From Myxococcota bacterium (GTDB lineage: Bacteria; Myxococcota_A; UBA796; CAJQPC01): 45,603 bases of DNA. How positions within the stretch are numbered: position 1 is the stretch's first letter; each line of letters begins with the position of its first letter. Made by a program: the position numbers and the translations under genes. A model generated the notes under the pieces. That model had not been told where the DNA came from. It worked only from the letters and a program-made list of their open reading frames with translations, and searched no databases. The stretch lies in assembly GCA_036021505.1 (NCBI GenBank), contig JAYXVV010000175.1, positions 1 through 45,603 on the forward strand, written 5' to 3'. Positions 1-8,860 of this stretch are shown here, in pieces.

Positions 1-1
1 A

Positions 2-394
2 CAGACCCGACTGACCGCCGACGTGGTTCTTCCCGCCGACGCCGAACAGCAGGCAGAGGCCTACCGCGCCCAAGGAGAGGCGGCGCAGATCGAGGAGCAT
101 GGCCGGGCTCGAGCCAAGGCACTCAACCTCATGACCGAGGCCTGGAAGAAGGCTGGCGAAGACGCCAAAGACATCTTTCTGATTCAGAACCTCGAGGTGG
201 TCCTCGAGACTGTGGTCGACCGCGTGAATGCAATCGAGGTCAGCGAGGTCAATGTTCTTGACTCTGGAGATGGTGATGGACTGGCAACCTACGCTGCGGC
301 CTACCCCGCCATGGTCGCTCAAGTCCTGAACGAACTCGAGAAAACCACGGGTGTTGACGTCGTCGGCATTCTCTCACCGGAGGTTGGACAATGA
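2..394 (+). CDS. Flotillin-like SPFH protein, C-terminal fragment (5' end lies outside the window)
   Basis: The frame is open from position 2. Its C-terminal region (AKDIFLIQNLEVVLETVVDRV) is paralogous to the C-terminus of the following flotillin (ARDIFLMQKLQAVMSSLVDTI). The stop overlaps the next start (ATGA at 391-394). Confidence 0.6.
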   Translation, partial: QTRLTADVVLPADAEQQAEAYRAQGEAAQIEEHGRARAKALNLMTEAWKKAGEDAKDIFLIQNLEVVLETVVDRVNAIEVSEVNVLDSGDGDGLATYAAAYPAMVAQVLNELEKTTGVDVVGILSPEVGQ

Positions 395-1656
395 GCGCCA
401 CATCCTCAGACATTCCTTTTATTTTAGGAGCGCTGCTCCTGGTCTCGATCTGGGCCATCGTGGCTGCGGTCAAGAACCTCCTCTACATCTGCGGTCCCAA
501 CGAGGTTCTCGTCTTCGCTGGAGGAAAATCCTCGCTTGGGGGGAAAACTGTCGGCTATCGGATCGTGAAAGGGGGAATGAGCCTTCGTCGCCCCCTGGTA
601 GAGCGTGTGGAGCGAATGGACCTCACCAACATGACAGTCGAGGTCAGCGTGGTAGGCGCCTACTCCAAAGGGGGAATCCCTCTGGCTGTTCAGGGAGTGG
701 CCAACTTGAAGGTGGCAGGACACCAGCCCCTCCTTCACAATGCCCTGGTCCGTTTCACAGGTCGGACGCGAGGGGAGATCATTGCCATCGCCAAGAACAC
801 TCTCGAGGGGAACCTGCGTGGCGTGCTGTCCCAGCTGACTCCTGAAGAGGTCAATGAGGACAAGCTGGCCTTTGCTGAGAAACTTCTCGAAGAGGCGGAG
901 AGCGACCTGGCCACCATCGGGCTCGTGCTCGACCAACTCAAGATTCAGAACGTCTCGGACAACGTGGGCTACCTGGACTCGATTGGTCGCATTCAGTCCG
1001 CCGACCTGCAAAAGCGTGCGCGGATCGCCGAGGCCAATGCCCAGGCCAACGCCATCAAGCGCGATGCGGAGAACCGCATGAACGCCCGTATCGCTGAGGC
1101 AGAGGCCAAGATCAAGATTGTTCGAGCCCAGACCGAGCGCCGGATTGCCGACGCGCTCACGGGAAGGGAGGCTGTTGTCGCCGAGCAAGTCGGTCAGGTA
1201 AAAGCTGCCATTGCTCGCGCCAATGCCGAATTGGAGGTGCAGCAGGCTCGTGTGGAGCAGGTCCGCCGACAGCTTGCTGCTGACGTGGTTGCGCCCGCAG
1301 AGGCGGGCATGCAGCAGGAAAAATCCGAAGCCAAGGCCTCGGCTGCCAAGATCTTTGAGGACGGCAAAGCCACGGCTGCCGTGCTGGAGGAGATGATTGC
1401 AACCTGGCAGTCGGGTGGAAAGGCTGCCCGTGACATCTTCCTGATGCAGAAACTTCAAGCAGTCATGTCCTCACTCGTGGACACCATCCAGAATGTGCAA
1501 GTGGACAAGCTCACCATTCTTCCGGGCTCCGACGGTCGAGTGGCCGACTCGGTCCGTCTCGTTGAGGAACTCAAAGCCGGTGTGGATGTGGACATTCCGG
1601 CCCTGCTGAAGAGCTTCGCCAGTCGTGGGGCAGTCGCCCCCACCTCGAATGACTAG
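391..1656 (+). CDS. Flotillin / SPFH (band 7) family membrane protein (YqiK/FloA-like)
   Basis: An N-terminal transmembrane helix (IPFILGALLLVSIWAIVAAV) is followed by an SPFH core and a long Ala/Glu-rich coiled-coil flotillin tail. It is translationally coupled to the upstream paralog. Confidence 0.8.
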   Translation: MSATSSDIPFILGALLLVSIWAIVAAVKNLLYICGPNEVLVFAGGKSSLGGKTVGYRIVKGGMSLRRPLVERVERMDLTNMTVEVSVVGAYSKGGIPLAVQGVANLKVAGHQPLLHNALVRFTGRTRGEIIAIAKNTLEGNLRGVLSQLTPEEVNEDKLAFAEKLLEEAESDLATIGLVLDQLKIQNVSDNVGYLDSIGRIQSADLQKRARIAEANAQANAIKRDAENRMNARIAEAEAKIKIVRAQTERRIADALTGREAVVAEQVGQVKAAIARANAELEVQQARVEQVRRQLAADVVAPAEAGMQQEKSEAKASAAKIFEDGKATAAVLEEMIATWQSGGKAARDIFLMQKLQAVMSSLVDTIQNVQVDKLTILPGSDGRVADSVRLVEELKAGVDVDIPALLKSFASRGAVAPTSND

Positions 1657-2000
1657 CGGCACCAAGGCCGGATCTCATTTCTTCCGAACTTCACGGCAAT
1701 ACCCAAGGCCTCAAGGCCTACCAGGCCAAGGGAATCAAGAGCCTGTACCGGCGAGGGGTTCCCCAGGACGCCTTCATCAACCCGGAGACTGCCCGACGAC
1801 TCTGTGAGCTCAGCCGGGAGAGTGGACGGCAACTCGGTCTGCTGATTACCCGACGGGGTGAGATCCAGAAGGTCATTGTTGGAGATGCCCACAAGATCTT
1901 CATCCCTGAGCTGGGTCGAGCCCGTGGTGGCTCCGCCCGCTTTCGGGGCCTTCGTCTCGTCATCGCAACCGAGCGCGGTGAGGGCATCACCAAGGACAAT

Positions 2001-3347
2001 TTGACCGACCTTGCCCTGCTTCGACTGGATGCGGTCATCACGGTCGAAGCCGAGGAAGAGGGACTTCCAGGGCGTGTTGAATTCGCCCACCTGCTGCCGC
2101 CCAGAAACGACGGTGGAGCCATGTGGCAGGTGGACAAGCGTCCCAGCGTGCATGGATGGGACACCAACTTCCTCACCTGGATCCAAGACCTTGAGAACCA
2201 GTTTGCGGCGGCGCTGTCCGGCATAGAGATCGAGGGAAAGGAGAGAGCGGTCCTGATTGGTGTGGCGACCCGAGGAAAACGGGAGGGCCTGCTCTCCATC
2301 TCGGAGCTCGAGCGTCTTGCCCACACAGCAGGACTCCAGGTGGTCGATCGGATGCTCCAGAGTCGAAGCCGACCGGACTCACGCAGCTTTGTGGGCAAAG
2401 GAAAGCTCGAGGATGCATTGCTTCGGTGCATGCACCTCGGGGCAGATGTGTTGATTTTCGATGGAGAACTCTCCCCTTCTCAGCTCCGAAACATTGCGAC
2501 GGACACGGCCCTCAAGGTGCTGGACCGAACCCAGCTCATCCTGGACATCTTCGCGATTCGGGCGCAGACCAGAGAGGGAAAACTCCAGGTCGAACTTGCC
2601 CAACTTCGGTACCGAAGACCACGACTTGCAATGATGCCCACAGCCATGTCGCGACTCACAGGCGGAATCGGCGGTCGAGGTCCCGGTGAGACCCGACTCG
2701 AAATCAACCGAAGACGAGCAGATGAGCGCCTCAAACGGATCGAGAAGCAACTCAGCAAGCTCGGAAAAGACCGCGCTCTGCGACGCCAGAGGCGCAAGCG
2801 GGTGGGTCTTCCCATGGTCAGCATCGTTGGCTACACCAACGCTGGGAAGTCCACCCTCCTCAACCGCATGACTCGGTCCTCCGTGGACGCCGAGGACAAG
2901 TTGTTCGCAACCCTCGACCCCACGAGTCGTCGGATGCGCTTCCCTCGGGACCGAGAGGTCATCCTTACCGATACGGTCGGGTTCATTCGTGCCCTTCCTC
3001 AAGACTTGGTACAGGCGTTTCGCTCGACCTTGGAAGAAGTGGTCGAAGCCGACTTGCTCCTGCACGTCATTGACAGCACCTCCGAAGAAGCGTTGGCCCA
3101 TCACGATGCCGTAGAGAAGGTTCTCTCCGAACTCGGAGTCTCCGACACCTCCCGCATGGTGGTGCTCAACAAGATCGATTCGCTCAATGCAGAACAGCGT
3201 ACCGATGCACAACTTGTTTTCAAGGGCCATCTCTGTTCGGCGGTTACCGGTGAGGGCCTCATGGAGTTGATGGAGGCCATCGAGTCCACACTCTTCCATG
3301 ACAAGCTAGCGAACGAGTCGGCCGCCTCAGACGATCGCCCCTTGTAA
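2001..3347 (+). CDS. hflX: GTPase HflX
   Basis: HflX N-domain motifs are present (ERAVLIGV, LILDIFAIRAQTREGKLQVELAQL, GPGETRLE). The G-domain motifs are also present (GYTNAGKST, DTVGF, NKID). The start is uncertain. The ORF track begins at TTG 2001, an in-frame ATG lies at 2121, and the frame stays open upstream to 1653 with no canonical start. Confidence 0.85.
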   Translation: MTDLALLRLDAVITVEAEEEGLPGRVEFAHLLPPRNDGGAMWQVDKRPSVHGWDTNFLTWIQDLENQFAAALSGIEIEGKERAVLIGVATRGKREGLLSISELERLAHTAGLQVVDRMLQSRSRPDSRSFVGKGKLEDALLRCMHLGADVLIFDGELSPSQLRNIATDTALKVLDRTQLILDIFAIRAQTREGKLQVELAQLRYRRPRLAMMPTAMSRLTGGIGGRGPGETRLEINRRRADERLKRIEKQLSKLGKDRALRRQRRKRVGLPMVSIVGYTNAGKSTLLNRMTRSSVDAEDKLFATLDPTSRRMRFPRDREVILTDTVGFIRALPQDLVQAFRSTLEEVVEADLLLHVIDSTSEEALAHHDAVEKVLSELGVSDTSRMVVLNKIDSLNAEQRTDAQLVFKGHLCSAVTGEGLMELMEAIESTLFHDKLANESAASDDRPL

Positions 3348-3402
3348 GTGTGCCAATGTCCGGATAGCATTCCTTCATTCTTTGTGAATCCAGGAGACAC
3401 CC

Positions 3403-4014
3403 ATGAAGACCAACCTCGTAAACTTCGGACTGCTCACTCTCTGTGTGGCGTGTACCGGCATTGCTGTTGATGACAAGACCGACTCAACGGACTCCGGCAC
3501 CTACGCACCGCTCTGCGACACCACAGACTACTACTACGACACCGCGGGTTGCGACACGGGTCAGGGCATCTACACAGGCGCCACTACCCTGGACACCAAG
3601 TCCGTGGAATGCTCCGCTCACCAGTTCGACTTCGAGTTCACCACCGTGGGCCTCACCGGTGGAGGTCAGCTGCAGATTTCGGGTGCCGATTGGGAAGAGG
3701 ACCACTACATCGGCTCCACCGATTTCGACCCCAACGGCTGGTGGGACACCCTGGCGCTCACTCTTCCTCATGTCGACCCCGATGAGGACGGTGACGGCGT
3801 AGGCGATACCTACGGCCCCGAGAACGGCTGGAAGGAGCAAGTCAACAACACGGCCTCGGGCGGTGGTAACACCCTCTACAACTGCAACATCTACACCAAT
3901 GACCGCCTGACTTTCCAGATCACGGTCTTTGATGAGGACAACATGCAAGCCGACTGCGCTGTCTGGGGTGCAGACCCTGGCGCCTTCAGCGACGGCTGCG
4001 ACGAGTGGATGTAA
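3403..4014 (+). CDS. Secreted hypothetical protein with a thrombospondin-type-3-like Asp-rich calcium-binding motif
   Basis: A GGAGA ribosome-binding site precedes the ATG. The N-terminus has a signal peptide (MKTNLVNFGLLTLCVAC). The protein is Asp/Cys/Trp/Tyr-rich and carries a DPDEDGDGVGD motif resembling DxDxDGxxD calcium-binding repeats. Confidence 0.6.
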   Translation: MKTNLVNFGLLTLCVACTGIAVDDKTDSTDSGTYAPLCDTTDYYYDTAGCDTGQGIYTGATTLDTKSVECSAHQFDFEFTTVGLTGGGQLQISGADWEEDHYIGSTDFDPNGWWDTLALTLPHVDPDEDGDGVGDTYGPENGWKEQVNNTASGGGNTLYNCNIYTNDRLTFQITVFDEDNMQADCAVWGADPGAFSDGCDEWM

Positions 4015-4036
4015 GCATCCCTCCTCTGAAGAAAAG

Positions 4037-4068
4037 AGCCAGCATCCTCTCGATGCTGGCTTTTTTTT
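4037..4068 (+). terminator. Rho-independent terminator-like hairpin
   Basis: A perfect 10-bp stem, AGCCAGCATC (4037-4046) pairing with GATGCTGGCT (4052-4061), encloses a 5-nt loop. It is followed by T8 and lies 23 nt after the stop of the 3403..4014 gene. Confidence 0.6.
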
Positions 4069-4514
4069 CGGCCTGTGTCTCGATCGAGTCTGTCCCGGAC
4101 TCCGCCCCTGCCGAAATCGTCAGCATCGACTTCTCCTGCGACCCGAGCACGGATCAGTGGACTCTTCGGCTCTTCGCCAGCGGATGGACGGAGGGTGGGG
4201 AGGTGGTGATGGCAACGGAATCTCGCATCGAAATTCATGGGTTGGATTCGATTCGTGCCTCCGGGGATCAGAGCGGCGATGAGCTTCTGATGCAGCTCAG
4301 CATTGAAGCCGATCCTGACGATGCAGCGAGTGGTCAGGCCTCCGGATTTCTCTGCACGGAAGCCCTCATGCAGAAGCTCTCTCTGCGGGTCAGTATTTTT
4401 TCACCGGGTTCTGAGGACGAGAGTGACTGTTGGCAGTGGGGCGAGGAAAAAGACTTCTCTCCCTGGGGCTATGCCCCGTGTGACCGCGTGGACCCTGCGC
4501 TTGCTGACAGTTGA
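4053..4514 (+). CDS. Hypothetical secreted or lipoprotein (alternative start GTG 4005)
   Basis: The ORF is open from GTG 4005 (MDVSIPPLKKRASILSMLAFFSAC, a signal-peptide-like N-terminus with an FSAC lipobox-like motif) and has an internal ATG at 4053. The terminator hairpin at 4037-4068 falls inside the region encoding this N-terminus, so the true start is unresolved. The mature part is Asp/Cys/Trp-rich. Confidence 0.45.
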   Translation: MLAFFSACVSIESVPDSAPAEIVSIDFSCDPSTDQWTLRLFASGWTEGGEVVMATESRIEIHGLDSIRASGDQSGDELLMQLSIEADPDDAASGQASGFLCTEALMQKLSLRVSIFSPGSEDESDCWQWGEEKDFSPWGYAPCDRVDPALADS

Positions 4515-5395
4515 AGAGCCAGACGAATGGCCTCCTCCATCGAGCGAGGGTCCGCTACCCCCTGTCCAGCGATGTCGTAGGCCGTTCCGTGGTCCACTGA
4601 GGTTCGAACAATTGGAAGTCCCAGACTCCAATTGACCAGCTCTCCAAAGGCGACCATTTTCAGAGGTGTGAGACCCTGATCGTGGTACATGGCCAAAAGC
4701 ATGTCGGCTTGCCCCTGTCGAAGTGCCAGAAAAGCGGACTCGGCGGCTAGTGGTCCAACCACATCCAACCCCTCCTCTCGAAGTCGCTCACACACCGGCC
4801 CTACCCGTTCCATTTCCTCTAAGCCCAGCACTCCTCGCTCACCCGCGTGGGGGTTCACGCCAGCCAAAACCACCCGCTTTCGGTCGATTTCAAGCTGAGA
4901 GAGTCCGTCCAAACAGAGCCGAACGCAGTGCTCTATTCGGGCCTCATCGACGGCATCCGGTACCTTGGCGAGGGGAATGTGAGCAGTGACGAGCCCCACC
5001 CTGAGGCCTGCTCCCACAAAGGCCATCATGGGATCTCGACCGCAAATCGCGCCCAGCAGATCGGTATGTCCGGCGTATTGAAACCCTTGAGCCACCAGTC
5101 GCTCCTTGTGGATGGGACCGGTAACCAGGGCGCTGGCCCTCTTGTCCAAGCACGCCTCAGCACCAAGTCGAACCGCCGCCACCTCCATTGGCTCTCCAGC
5201 GGGCGGCTGCATTGCACAGAGGCCATCCACCGGTTGTATGGCTTCTACAACTGGAAGGTCTGGAGCCCAGCGTCGACAGGCGTCCACATCTCCAATGAGG
5301 ATCGCAGCCACACCCAGCGCCTTCGCTGCCTTGACAGACACCTCCGGCCCGATGCCATCCGGGTCGCCAGGAGTGATCAACAGGGGAAGCGTCAT
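4469..5395 (-). CDS. pdxA: 4-hydroxythreonine-4-phosphate dehydrogenase PdxA
   Basis: PdxA motifs are present: ITPGDPDGIGPE, HIPL, GVNPHAGE and DHGTAYDIAG. Its start overlaps the upstream surA-like stop. Confidence 0.85.
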   Translation of the reverse strand: MTLPLLITPGDPDGIGPEVSVKAAKALGVAAILIGDVDACRRWAPDLPVVEAIQPVDGLCAMQPPAGEPMEVAAVRLGAEACLDKRASALVTGPIHKERLVAQGFQYAGHTDLLGAICGRDPMMAFVGAGLRVGLVTAHIPLAKVPDAVDEARIEHCVRLCLDGLSQLEIDRKRVVLAGVNPHAGERGVLGLEEMERVGPVCERLREEGLDVVGPLAAESAFLALRQGQADMLLAMYHDQGLTPLKMVAFGELVNWSLGLPIVRTSVDHGTAYDIAGQGVADPRSMEEAIRLALQLSASAGSTRSHGA

Positions 5396-6336
5396 GGACT
5401 CTCGAGTTTGATTTCAACACTCGCCTTCCGCCGAGCCTGTACGAGCCACACCTCGCGCTCCGACTCGATCTTTGCCATCATCAACTCGCCCTGAAGCTGA
5501 GGAAGGATGGACTCCATTGGCGGCACCTGCGCCGGGGCCTCTTCCGCATAGCGGAGAAGAAACGCCCCTCCCTCCGTCACCAGAGGCTGAGAAACCTCAC
5601 CGAGGCCAAGGGCCCATGCTGCGGTCTCGAGTTGGTCCACCAACTCACCGCGCTGGTAAGACGACATGCGTCCTCCGCGGCTTGCGTACGGGCTCTCCGG
5701 AAAATCCAAGACGACCTGGGCCCAGTCGATGCCCTCCGCCAGTTTTGTCCGCGCTCCTTCCAGCCGGTCCAGATAGGCCTGAGGATCTTCCAAGCTCGCC
5801 GCCTCCGACCAGGGCAGGAAGATGCCATCCAGCACCCGTCCAGACTCAGCGCTGTCGACTTTGCTGCGGTAGAGAGCCTCGATCTCATCGTCCGAAGTGC
5901 TGACCCTCGGCTGCAAGATGACCTGGTCGAATTTCATCTGGCGGAGTTCCTGCTTGATGCCCTCGCGGTAGCTCGCCCACACCATCCCTGCGCGCTCGAC
6001 CTCCCCCTTCAAGCGTTCGCGGTCGACGCCATTGCGCGAGGCGATGTCATCCAATGCCTGGTCCACGTCCGATGCGACGACATCGATGCCCAGCCGCAAC
6101 ATCTCCTGCACCATCAGCTCCTGGGACACGAGTTCCTCGAGGACTTCGAGTTCCGCTCGCCGCCTCACCTCCTCTCCCGACCTCTCAGTGAGTGCCTGCT
6201 CAATGTAGTCTCCACCCACCTCGTAGATTTCAGAGAGTGCGATCACTTCATCATTGACCACAGCAGCAACGCGCTCGACGACACCGGCAAGAGCCGACGT
6301 CGAGAAGAGGAGCGAAGCGATGAACAAACGATGCAC
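5392..6336 (-). CDS. SurA N-terminal-domain periplasmic chaperone (no PPIase domain)
   Basis: It has a signal peptide (MHRLFIASLLFSTSALA) and SurA_N-like helical content. It lies immediately upstream of pdxA, as in the conserved surA-pdxA arrangement. Confidence 0.7.
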   Translation of the reverse strand: MHRLFIASLLFSTSALAGVVERVAAVVNDEVIALSEIYEVGGDYIEQALTERSGEEVRRRAELEVLEELVSQELMVQEMLRLGIDVVASDVDQALDDIASRNGVDRERLKGEVERAGMVWASYREGIKQELRQMKFDQVILQPRVSTSDDEIEALYRSKVDSAESGRVLDGIFLPWSEAASLEDPQAYLDRLEGARTKLAEGIDWAQVVLDFPESPYASRGGRMSSYQRGELVDQLETAAWALGLGEVSQPLVTEGGAFLLRYAEEAPAQVPPMESILPQLQGELMMAKIESEREVWLVQARRKASVEIKLESP

Positions 6337-6344
6337 AGTTCCCC

Positions 6345-7421
6345 CTATTCGTGGTCGTGGTCGTGATTGACCCGGGGGCTCAATCGCGGCATCTGCGGTC
6401 CGCCCAAGGTGCTGGGGTCGCCGCCTGGAGCCCCCGGCTCGGAAAGCCCTGGGCCAAACCCGGGCCGATTTCCAGCACGCTGGATGGTTTCAACCTCAAG
6501 ACCTTCGAGAAGGCCTGCATTGACCTCGACGGAAGTGCTGCCTCGAAGGTCGCCGACATAGGCCTCCAAGAGTTCACTCATGCGGTCCGTCTTCAGCTTT
6601 CTGAGCACGGCTCCACGAACCTGCTGGAAGCTGCGATCGTGGCGCTCGCGTTTCTTGGCGACCATCAAGATGTTGTACCCTTCCTCGGTCTTAAAAACCG
6701 GAGAGAGCTCGTCGACTTCCATGCCAAAGGCCCGATCCACAAGAGCCTGGTCCACACCGGCCTTGCCTGTCTGGGGCACAAAGCCCATGTCGCCACCTCG
6801 GCGCTTGAAGTCACCGTCCGAGTGCTTGGCTGCGATCTCACGAAAGCGCGTGGGGTTGGCGACCAGCTCTGCATGAAGCCGGTTGGCCTCGGCCTCGGAC
6901 GCCGCTGCATCGCGGTCACCGCTCTCGGCGATGAGAATGCGTCGAATCTGGACCTTCGCCTGAATCACGTAGTCTTCTTTGTTGGCGTCGTAGTAGCTGC
7001 GGAGGACCTCTTCGGGGAAGTCTTCGTTGCTCACATCCGCGTAGACCACATCCCGGAGCAAGGTATTGACCACTACTTTTTGAACTTTAGGGTCCTTGTC
7101 CACCCCGAGCGACAACCCCTGGAGATACAGCAGCCGGTCCGAGATGAGTTTGTCGAGTACTTCTTGTTTTTCCTCAAGACTGAGCGCGTCACCGGATGCC
7201 GGTAGCTTTCGTGCAGCTGCTGCTTGAAACTCCTCGGTCGTGATCACCACCTCGCCGACCTGAACGAGGACATCCTCTTCATTAGGGGTCGCGTCAGCAC
7301 CCGCGGAAGCCGCTGGAGTCGCTGGTGAAGCTGTCGGCTGCGAGGAACTTGAAGACGGCTCACTCGAGCCTCCACAAGCAGAGAGACCAAAAATCAAAAG
7401 ACTGACGGTGTAGAGGCGCAT
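6345..7421 (-). CDS. PpiC-type (parvulin) peptidyl-prolyl isomerase lipoprotein, SurA/PrsA-like
   Basis: The lipoprotein signal carries an LSAC lipobox, followed by a Ser/Pro/Ala-rich linker. A rotamase domain is present (HSDGDFKRRGGDMGFV...VFKTEEGYNILMVAKKRE). The C-terminus ends in an HDHDHE tail. Confidence 0.75.
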   Translation of the reverse strand: MRLYTVSLLIFGLSACGGSSEPSSSSSQPTASPATPAASAGADATPNEEDVLVQVGEVVITTEEFQAAAARKLPASGDALSLEEKQEVLDKLISDRLLYLQGLSLGVDKDPKVQKVVVNTLLRDVVYADVSNEDFPEEVLRSYYDANKEDYVIQAKVQIRRILIAESGDRDAAASEAEANRLHAELVANPTRFREIAAKHSDGDFKRRGGDMGFVPQTGKAGVDQALVDRAFGMEVDELSPVFKTEEGYNILMVAKKRERHDRSFQQVRGAVLRKLKTDRMSELLEAYVGDLRGSTSVEVNAGLLEGLEVETIQRAGNRPGFGPGLSEPGAPGGDPSTLGGPQMPRLSPRVNHDHDHE

Positions 7422-7480
7422 GCGTTCTCCTCGGAGTGCCTTGAATCAGGCGGGTGACCTATCACGACGAGCAACGGCCT

Positions 7481-8860
7481 TCAATCGCTGGAGGCTGGCT
7501 CTCTGCTGGGCCGCTGCTCCACAGGAAGAATCCGCAGGGTTCCAAGGTCCTCGAGCGCGGGTGCGAGCGCTCGGGCATCTCCCACCAACACCACAGCCTT
7601 CCTGGAAAAGTCCAGATGCCGCTGCGCCCCAGCGGTGAGGTCCGACACCCCCAATCTGCGCAACATTTCGGGGTACCGACTCCAGGTATCGTCAGGAAGA
7701 TTGTGGATTTCTCGAAGCATCAACAGGCCTGCCAGGCCACCGAGTGTGCTGCCCGACTTTGGCCAAGCCCCGACCTTGTACCGCACACAGGCCTCGAGCT
7801 CCGAGGCCTCGACGGGTTCCCTGCAGATGCGATGCGTCTGATCCATCAGTGCTGCAAGGGCAGCGGTGGTGTTCTCGCTGGAGCAGGAAAGACTGGCCAC
7901 AAGGTCCCCCCCAAAAACTCCGCTGTCGAGGGAGGAAGAGCACCCGTAGGTCAAAGAACGATTCTCCCTGAGATCCTTGAACAGTCTCCCGCTTGCCCCA
8001 CCACCAAAGATGTGGTTGAGACAGCTCAGCTTGAGATGATCCGGATGGGAGCGCTTCAGACCACGAAGTCCCAACAGAACGTGAGTCTGGGTTGAGCCCG
8101 GCCTGTCGAGCACAAGAAAGGAGTCGTCTACCTCGCTGTCGATCCATACAGGTGGCTGTACCGAGGGCGCCGCTCCGCTCCAGTCGCCCAGTCTGGCTTC
8201 GATCAGCTCCACAACCTCATGTTCAGAAACATCGCCGACAACCACAAGAACAGCCTCAGCGGGACGAACGACCTGGGCATGAAATGAACGAAGATCATCC
8301 GCTACCAGGGCCGCCATTTCCTCGGGACTCGCTGTGGGATGCCCATAGGGGTGATTCCCAAACAGAAGCTGACCCATCCACAGTCCCGATGTACCGCTCG
8401 GCGATGCGGCGGCCTGATGCTTGGAGGCGATAATTTTTCCCTTCTCTCGCTCCACCTCCGACTCAGAAAAGACGGGAAACAGGACCACTTCCGAGAGGAG
8501 ATCCAAGCTCTGGGCGAGGTGCTCACTGAGGCACTGGACGCTGAAGGAAAGCCCGTCGAGGGTTGCGCCACAAGACAGCTGAGTTCCAAGGGAATCCAAG
8601 GTGTGCGCAAGTTCAGAAGCCGAGTGGTGCCTCGTGCCATAGCGGGCACAGCGCATGGTCAGACCTGCAACACCCGGCTTGGCCCCCTGTGCCTCTCGAC
8701 AGCGCCCACCTGGAATGACCAATCGAACTCGAACCATCGGCAGCCGTCTGCTGGGAAGCACAACCACCCGAAGGCCATTGCTCAACTCTGAGCGCCGAGC
8801 ATCTGGAAAATCCCAATTCAGATTCGGCGGCTGAATCGGGGGAAGCCCTGGAAAACTCAT
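7481..8860 (-). CDS. M16 (pitrilysin/insulinase) family peptidase, non-catalytic partner subunit
   Basis: It has the M16 fold (LSNGLRVVVLP...) but no HxxEH motif. The likely start is the ATG at 8860-8858, which forms an ATGA overlap with the upstream gene's stop. The ORF-track start at 8989 would overlap that gene by 133 nt. Confidence 0.75.
   Translation of the reverse strand: MSFPGLPPIQPPNLNWDFPDARRSELSNGLRVVVLPSRRLPMVRVRLVIPGGRCREAQGAKPGVAGLTMRCARYGTRHHSASELAHTLDSLGTQLSCGATLDGLSFSVQCLSEHLAQSLDLLSEVVLFPVFSESEVEREKGKIIASKHQAAASPSGTSGLWMGQLLFGNHPYGHPTASPEEMAALVADDLRSFHAQVVRPAEAVLVVVGDVSEHEVVELIEARLGDWSGAAPSVQPPVWIDSEVDDSFLVLDRPGSTQTHVLLGLRGLKRSHPDHLKLSCLNHIFGGGASGRLFKDLRENRSLTYGCSSSLDSGVFGGDLVASLSCSSENTTAALAALMDQTHRICREPVEASELEACVRYKVGAWPKSGSTLGGLAGLLMLREIHNLPDDTWSRYPEMLRRLGVSDLTAGAQRHLDFSRKAVVLVGDARALAPALEDLGTLRILPVEQRPSREPASSD

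Noticed and set aside
424-1458. 344-aa ORF on the minus strand, antisense to the flotillin gene
   Set aside because: Its composition is Leu/Gly/Asp/Ser-rich with no motifs, typical of antisense frames in high-GC DNA. The sense strand encodes a clear SPFH/flotillin protein.
1653-2431. Two long minus-strand ORFs (223 aa and 237 aa), antisense to hflX
   Set aside because: The sense frame has unambiguous HflX GTPase motifs. The antisense translations are low-complexity Arg/Ser/Pro-rich.
4590-4615. GGTTCGAAC T-loop-like motif suggesting a tRNA
   Set aside because: It lies inside the pdxA coding region on the opposite strand and no cloverleaf can be built around it. No intergenic region in the window has tRNA-like structure.
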